From an uncultured archaeon (GTDB lineage Archaea; Asgardarchaeota; Thorarchaeia; Thorarchaeales; Thorarchaeaceae), in the NCBI GenBank assembly GCA_964648855.1, contig CAZYLT010000015.1, positions 1 through 32,000 on the forward strand: DNA of 32,000 nt. Direction: 5' to 3'. The notes under the pieces were generated by a model. That model made no database searches. It saw only the letters and a list, made by a program, of their open reading frames with translations, and was not told the DNA's origin. The translations under genes and the position numbers were made by a program. Within the stretch, counting starts at the first letter, position 1. Each line of letters begins with the position of its first letter. Shown here in pieces: positions 27,014 to 32,000 of this stretch.

Positions 27014-27868
27014 GTGAAACCTAACATCCTTTTCCCGAAATTATCAATTCAAGAATTTCAGGATAGATATGCCTATTCATTTAACGTACGCCATTCCGTA
27101 GGTTCAGGCGACACAAGTTCTCTACAGCTGGAACCTGAAGACCTGAGAGAGGCGGCATCTCGAATCATCTTAGAGGCAGAGTATTCGTCTGCAGCTCTGT
27201 TAGAATATAGCAAATCGCTAGGGCCAGCGGAATTTTCACTATTCGTAGTAAATAAGGAAATAGTCAGAATCATGAAAAAGAAGCTCCTTTGGCCAGAAAG
27301 AATTCTTCCCATGCTAACATCTCCATTTTATTACTGGAGCAAGGATGCGGAAGGAAAGGATAATCCTCAGGGGGTAGTCAAAGAGGATGCATCGGTTTTC
27401 GATATCACCGTAGATTCTACCGGCGGATTACATTTCGCGGGAGCTGGCGGAAACTTCTGTGGAATCGTTGAAGGGGAGGTTGCAATGAACAAACCAAAAA
27501 TGCGCTCAGTTATCATGCCATCATTTCCAAAACCCGTGAAGGCGATACCCCGATACGAGTATGCAAACATCGAAGTTTCTACTGATTTTGATGGTTTGGA
27601 ATGTGAGGTTTATCCCATTCCGAGAAACAATCTGGATTATACGTTTTCTCAGAGCCCCAAAGTCTTCAGACACCATGGCATGGAGCTCAAAACAAGAGGA
27701 GAGCATGTCACGCTCTCTGTAAACAACTCAAGACCAGTCAATCTTCGTGGAGAAGTAGTAATTTACATTGCTAGAAACTATGGTGATATTGACAAATCAA
27801 AAGAGCTATTTCATCACGTGTGGATGTTTGCTATTGAGCAACTATTGAAGCAATATGGTCATGTCTGA
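27014..27868 (+). CDS. Hypothetical soluble protein
   Basis: 284-aa ORF with protein-like composition filling the gap; no recognised motif. Confidence 0.75.
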   Translation: MKPNILFPKLSIQEFQDRYAYSFNVRHSVGSGDTSSLQLEPEDLREAASRIILEAEYSSAALLEYSKSLGPAEFSLFVVNKEIVRIMKKKLLWPERILPMLTSPFYYWSKDAEGKDNPQGVVKEDASVFDITVDSTGGLHFAGAGGNFCGIVEGEVAMNKPKMRSVIMPSFPKPVKAIPRYEYANIEVSTDFDGLECEVYPIPRNNLDYTFSQSPKVFRHHGMELKTRGEHVTLSVNNSRPVNLRGEVVIYIARNYGDIDKSKELFHHVWMFAIEQLLKQYGHV

Positions 27869-27897
27869 ATGAGCATATATTAAAGAGCAAATGAAAT

Positions 27898-28689
27898 TTG
27901 CCTCATGAAATGGACTTGCCTATTGCCTTTCTCGCCTCTGGTATTATGATCATCCTATCAGCCATTTGGCGATACCGCGAGTACAATGCATTTAGGCAGT
28001 TCCGAGTGAATCTTCATCATGATGTCTGGAAAGTTAGAGAGGGCGAAACGATTGAGGGCGAACTGAGTAGATGTGTATCACATCAATGGGTCCTAGACAA
28101 CGTGTCAAATGGGAGCCATAATTCATTCCAGAACAAGATTAATGACTATCTTGAGGAAAACACCTTGAGTGGGTTCATTTGTCTAGCTTTTGTTCTTGGT
28201 GCGTCATCGATGATAATTGCTCTGCTTCTAATTGGATCAATCATCACAACCGGTGTGATGATTGTGGTTTTCCTTGTCGGATTGGCAGTTGTGATGGGGC
28301 CCGGGAACGCAAAAATATCTCAGCAGCTGTTAGAGTTTCTTATGGAAAGGGATCTATCCGAGCTCAATAGGCAAGATGTCGTTTATGCAACGATTGCATT
28401 TGATTCTGTGAAGAGCTGGATGAGAATTTCGACAATACTTGGAATTGCATTTCTGGTAATATCTCCATTTGGAAGTGACATTCCTCCGCTTGGTGCCCAA
28501 GTATTTTCTTACATTTCTTGGAGCTTGTTTTTGTCCCCTGCATTTGCTCTGAGCACAATCTCTCCAGCACTCTCAGTGGGCTATCTGGCATTGGCTATCA
28601 TATTGTTCTTCTATGTGCTTCTACTCCTAAAGAGACTAGTATTCTCGTTTTCTTCGGGTAAATCACGCCTACTAACGGAAGAGTCCTAG
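27898..28689 (+). CDS. Hypothetical polytopic membrane protein
   Basis: About 5-6 hydrophobic segments; start may be ATG 27910. Confidence 0.78.
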   Translation: MPHEMDLPIAFLASGIMIILSAIWRYREYNAFRQFRVNLHHDVWKVREGETIEGELSRCVSHQWVLDNVSNGSHNSFQNKINDYLEENTLSGFICLAFVLGASSMIIALLLIGSIITTGVMIVVFLVGLAVVMGPGNAKISQQLLEFLMERDLSELNRQDVVYATIAFDSVKSWMRISTILGIAFLVISPFGSDIPPLGAQVFSYISWSLFLSPAFALSTISPALSVGYLALAIILFFYVLLLLKRLVFSFSSGKSRLLTEES

Positions 28690-29027
28690 AACAGCCCCTG
28701 TAGGAACCCAAAGAGAGCTGCAAACGCTAAAACAAAGAGCGAGGACATAAGCACAGATCTCCCAATCAATGCGATTTTCCATGATTGAACAGGATTTCCT
28801 TCATCATCATAGCGTTTCGCTTCGTCTAATGGTTGCCTAGACATTAGGAGAGCACCAAGAATCAGCATTATTCCAAACTCTAGGATTAGAAGGGTGCTAA
28901 TGACGTAGAATGCTGAATAGTTGATATAAATGAGAAGCATGACGAATGCAATTCCAATGTCAACTGATACTAGGATTGTGGCGATTGCCAAGGAGAATTG
29001 AATCTCTGAGAGCCTACCGGATTCCAA
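28686..29027 (-). CDS. Small membrane protein (3 TM)
   Basis: Three hydrophobic helices with a charged loop; co-oriented downstream of the opp genes. Confidence 0.75.
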   Translation of the reverse strand: MESGRLSEIQFSLAIATILVSVDIGIAFVMLLIYINYSAFYVISTLLILEFGIMLILGALLMSRQPLDEAKRYDDEGNPVQSWKIALIGRSVLMSSLFVLAFAALFGFLQGLF

Positions 29028-29043
29028 GCACGCCCCAACCTAT

Positions 29044-29271
29044 CTAGAAAAATATGCCGAAATAAAGACCCAATATGAGTAATAGCACTGCCAAAATCAC
29101 GAGTGGGAGAAAGATGGTTTGGAGGGATGCGAGAAACAAAGCGACATAATCCGTCGCATCGAGAGGAATCGCTGGTTTTGTCCTTTGGGTTTCTTGATAC
29201 GCGTATTCAGCCCAATCAATATCTCTGTCAGGATCATCTGTTGCTCCTTTACGCTCGGGGTCTATTGCCAT
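29044..29271 (-). CDS. Small C-terminally anchored membrane protein
   Basis: Acidic N-terminus (DDPDRDIDWAEYAY), hydrophobic C-terminus ending GIFF. Confidence 0.72.
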   Translation of the reverse strand: MAIDPERKGATDDPDRDIDWAEYAYQETQRTKPAIPLDATDYVALFLASLQTIFLPLVILAVLLLILGLYFGIFF

Positions 29272-29322
29272 CTTTAATCCCAGCTTTCATTCATTCGAGC
29301 GAATTTTAATCACACGGTTCGC

Positions 29323-30363
29323 CTATGCTTTGGCTTTTTCTTTTTCGCCCATGGCGTCTGCATAGGTTTGTTGAGCGCTTGAACCAAAGTCCAATTCTCC
29401 AGCAAAGTGACAAGCAACAAGGTGTCCATCACCCATATCACGCAGCTCAGGCTGATTGGTTTCACAGATATCTTCGGCGAATATACAGCGCGGATGAAAT
29501 CTGCAACCCGTGGGAGGACTAATCGGACTGGGTACCTCACCACTCAGAATCTGAGCCTTACCAGCAAACTTGGGATTCGGAATAGGAACAGCTGATACGA
29601 GAGCAAATGTGTACGGATGTAATGCGCCTCTGAAAATGTCATGGGGAGTAAGCTCAACAATCTGTCCCAAATACATCACAGCTATTCGATCGCTCATGTG
29701 TTTCACAACACTCAAGTCGTGTGAGATGAACATGTATGTGAGGTTCAATTCCTCCTGAAGGTCCTTCATTAAGTTCAGCGTCTGTGCCTGAACAGACACA
29801 TCCGTACTAGATGTGGGTTCATCCATTACGACAAACTTCGGATTCAGTGCAAGTGCGCGAGCAATGCAGATTCGCTGGCGCTGCCCACCACTGAATTCGT
29901 GAGGAAAACGATTGAGGTGGTCCTCAGTCAATCCTACTTTCTGCAACAAGTCCAGAACTATTCGTCTCATTTCAGGGCCCTTTGCAATCCCGTTGACAAC
30001 AAGTGGCTCCCCTACTGAATTCTTTATGGTAAGTCGGGGATCTAGAGACGCCATGGGGTCCTGAAAAACTATCTGCATCTCTCTGCGGATTTTTCTCAGA
30101 TCTCGACCACTGATTTCTGAGATGTCCTCTCCCTCAAAAATGATCTGCCCTTCTGTAGGTTCAATCAGTCGGAGAACAGTTCGTCCAAGTGTTGTCTTGC
30201 CACAGCCGCTCTCTCCCACTATACCCATTGTTTCGCCTGTTCTGATGTCCATATCTACACCATCGACGGCGTGAACCTGTCCAATGACCTTTCTGAAGAC
30301 TCCACCAGTAAGTGGGAAATACTTCTTGAGCCCTCGAACTTTGAGCAATATATTATCTGACAT
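29323..30363 (-). CDS. oppF: Oligopeptide/dipeptide ABC transporter ATP-binding subunit OppF/DppF
   Basis: LKKYFP, VHAVDGV, GESGCGKT, FSGGQRQRI, MDEPT, ISHDL, HPYT, GCRFHPRC. Confidence 0.93.
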   Translation of the reverse strand: MSDNILLKVRGLKKYFPLTGGVFRKVIGQVHAVDGVDMDIRTGETMGIVGESGCGKTTLGRTVLRLIEPTEGQIIFEGEDISEISGRDLRKIRREMQIVFQDPMASLDPRLTIKNSVGEPLVVNGIAKGPEMRRIVLDLLQKVGLTEDHLNRFPHEFSGGQRQRICIARALALNPKFVVMDEPTSSTDVSVQAQTLNLMKDLQEELNLTYMFISHDLSVVKHMSDRIAVMYLGQIVELTPHDIFRGALHPYTFALVSAVPIPNPKFAGKAQILSGEVPSPISPPTGCRFHPRCIFAEDICETNQPELRDMGDGHLVACHFAGELDFGSSAQQTYADAMGEKEKAKA

Positions 30364-30378
30364 GTTTTGTCTCTCCTG

Positions 30379-31536
30379 TTATTTGAGTGGATGATGGCAT
30401 GCAACCCAATGCTCAGGCGCCAGCTCCATTAGGTGGGGCTTTTCCCTACTGCATACTTCAGTGGCATATTCGCATCTCGGGTGAAATCGACAGCCTGATG
30501 GAGGTGCGATGAGATTGGGAACACTTCCAAGAATCTGAGGCAGACGTTCTTTTTCTTCGTGCAATTTGGGAACTGCTATTAATAATCCAGCGGTGTAGGG
30601 ATGCAAAGGATTATTGAACAACTCCTTGGTTGCACATGTTTCTACCGTAGTTCCTGCATACATTACATTGGTCCAGTTACAGGTCTCCGCAACGACGCCC
30701 ATATCATGTGTAATGATGATTATTGATGTTCCAATTTCCTTCTTCAACTCATTCAGCAGATGCAGCACTTGTGCTTGAACAGTGACATCGAGGGCAGTGG
30801 TCGCCTCATCTGCTATGAGGACGCTAGGATTACAAGCCAATGCCATTGCGATGAGCGCTCTCTGTCGCATTCCGCCAGACAACTCATGTGGATACTGATC
30901 AATGACCTGTTCAGGAGCAGGCATCTTGGCTAGTTTAAGCATCTCCACTGCTCGCTTCTTGGCAGCCTTCTTTGCATCTTTTTCATCAGGCTCAGGCGGA
31001 TCATCAAGCTTGGATTCATAATACTGGATTTTTTCTTTGATTTTAAGTTCCCTCTCACCTCCTACATCTTCCTTCAGAGAATTCTCCAACTCTTCAATTT
31101 TCATCTCTATGACATCACGACTCAAGTCCTGATGCATTTGAATGACTTCCGCAATCTGCTCGCCAACCCTGAACACAGGATTCGGATATGTTGCGGGATC
31201 TTGGAAGACGATGGCAATCTTGCCACCCCTGATATCGAGCATTTCCTCGGGGCTTAAGCTGAGAATATCTACTGGTTCTTCTTTGCTTCCATTATCCGTC
31301 CTCGGACTGAACCAGACTTTTCCATCATCAATCTTCCCAGGAGGCTCAACAATTCGAAGGATGGATCTTGCGGTCACAGATTTCCCACAGCCCGTCTCTC
31401 CCACAAGACCCATAGTATCGCCACGTCGTAGAAACATCTCTACGCCATCGAGGGCTTTTACGATTCCTTCATACGTGTAGAAGTTCGTTTCGAGGTTCTT
31501 CACATGTAGGACTAGGTCCAAGTCTTCTATAGCCAT
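30379..31536 (-). CDS. oppD: Oligopeptide/dipeptide ABC transporter ATP-binding subunit OppD/DppD with helical insertion
   Basis: GETGCGKS, LSGGMRQR, IADEATT, ITHD, HPYT, GCRFHPRC. True start MAIEDL at 31536, 1 nt after the oppC stop. Confidence 0.93.
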   Translation of the reverse strand: MAIEDLDLVLHVKNLETNFYTYEGIVKALDGVEMFLRRGDTMGLVGETGCGKSVTARSILRIVEPPGKIDDGKVWFSPRTDNGSKEEPVDILSLSPEEMLDIRGGKIAIVFQDPATYPNPVFRVGEQIAEVIQMHQDLSRDVIEMKIEELENSLKEDVGGERELKIKEKIQYYESKLDDPPEPDEKDAKKAAKKRAVEMLKLAKMPAPEQVIDQYPHELSGGMRQRALIAMALACNPSVLIADEATTALDVTVQAQVLHLLNELKKEIGTSIIIITHDMGVVAETCNWTNVMYAGTTVETCATKELFNNPLHPYTAGLLIAVPKLHEEKERLPQILGSVPNLIAPPSGCRFHPRCEYATEVCSREKPHLMELAPEHWVACHHPLK

Positions 31537-31537
31537 G

Positions 31538-32000
31538 CTATCGCCTCCGAATTCGGGGATCCATAATATCGCGTATCCCATCTCCCACGAGATTGAATGC
31601 AAGCGCCACGAACAAGATGGCGAATCCAGGGAAGAAGACCGCCCAAGGAGCAATCATGAAGAAGTTCTGAGCCTTGGAGATCATCAAACCCCATTCAGCT
31701 ACTCCCGCTCTTGGTCCAAAGCCAATAAAGGCAAGACCTGCCGCAACAAGTAGTACTGAACCTGTATCCATTGTTGCTTGGACTATGAGAGGTTGAATTG
31801 TGTTTGGAATAATATGATAGGCCAAGATGCGGCCATCCGTTGCACCAACAGACCTAGCAGCTTCAACATAGAGTTTTTCGCGCTCGCCGAGGACTTGACC
31901 CCTCACCAAACGCGCATATGACGGCCACCATGTCACCATCAAAGCCAGAGAGATGCTTTGCAAACTTCGCTCACCAAGTGCCATTACGATGGCCATAGCA
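31538..32000 (-). CDS. oppC: Oligopeptide ABC transporter permease OppC/DppC (3' part only)
   Basis: WPSYARLVRGQ, EAA motif YVEAARSVGA, AEWGLMI, FNLVGDGIRDIMDPR. Confidence 0.93.
   Translation of the reverse strand, partial: AMAIVMALGERSLQSISLALMVTWWPSYARLVRGQVLGEREKLYVEAARSVGATDGRILAYHIIPNTIQPLIVQATMDTGSVLLVAAGLAFIGFGPRAGVAEWGLMISKAQNFFMIAPWAVFFPGFAILFVALAFNLVGDGIRDIMDPRIRRR

Noticed and set aside
31537-31653. Upstream extension of the oppD ORF
   Set aside because: Overlaps the oppC 3' end; ATG at 31536 with GGAGG SD is the natural start.
1-32000. CRISPR arrays, IS/transposases, integrases, rRNA/tRNA, Sec/Pyl read-through genes
   Set aside because: No regularly spaced repeats, terminal inverted repeats or recombinase motifs were seen. 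TAG/TGA stops fall at expected family C-termini, often doubled (e.g. TAG TGA, TGA TAA).

Overview
Gene-dense archaeal chromosomal window, most likely from an Asgard archaeon (Thorarchaeia-like). This is inferred from GGTGA/GGAG Shine-Dalgarno motifs, a Rab/Arf-like small GTPase, a single-TM zinc-ribbon protein and a peptide-catabolism gene set. Peptide uptake and degradation genes dominate: M48 protease, TldD/PmbA, M20 peptidase, C45-like Ntn hydrolase, amidohydrolase, an oppCDF operon end and two orphan OppD-like ATPases. Also present are redox proteins (thioredoxin-like, rubredoxin, RnfD/RnfC-like pair, DUF362-ferredoxin), a bacterial-type class I GAPDH, a divergent citrate-synthase-family protein, two tandem DUF4139/DUF4140 paralogues and a stand-alone receiver protein. 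The best novel-system candidate is a two-gene rnfD-rnfC-like operon. It has no rnfG/E/A/B, its RnfD lacks the covalent-FMN threonine motif, and it lies between two permease-less OppD paralogues, one with a degenerate catalytic site. Other highlights are an M48 protease with an inserted EF-hand-like loop and a citrate synthase with an altered substrate pocket. No rRNA, tRNA, CRISPR or mobile element was seen. All calls come from motif reading, not database searches.
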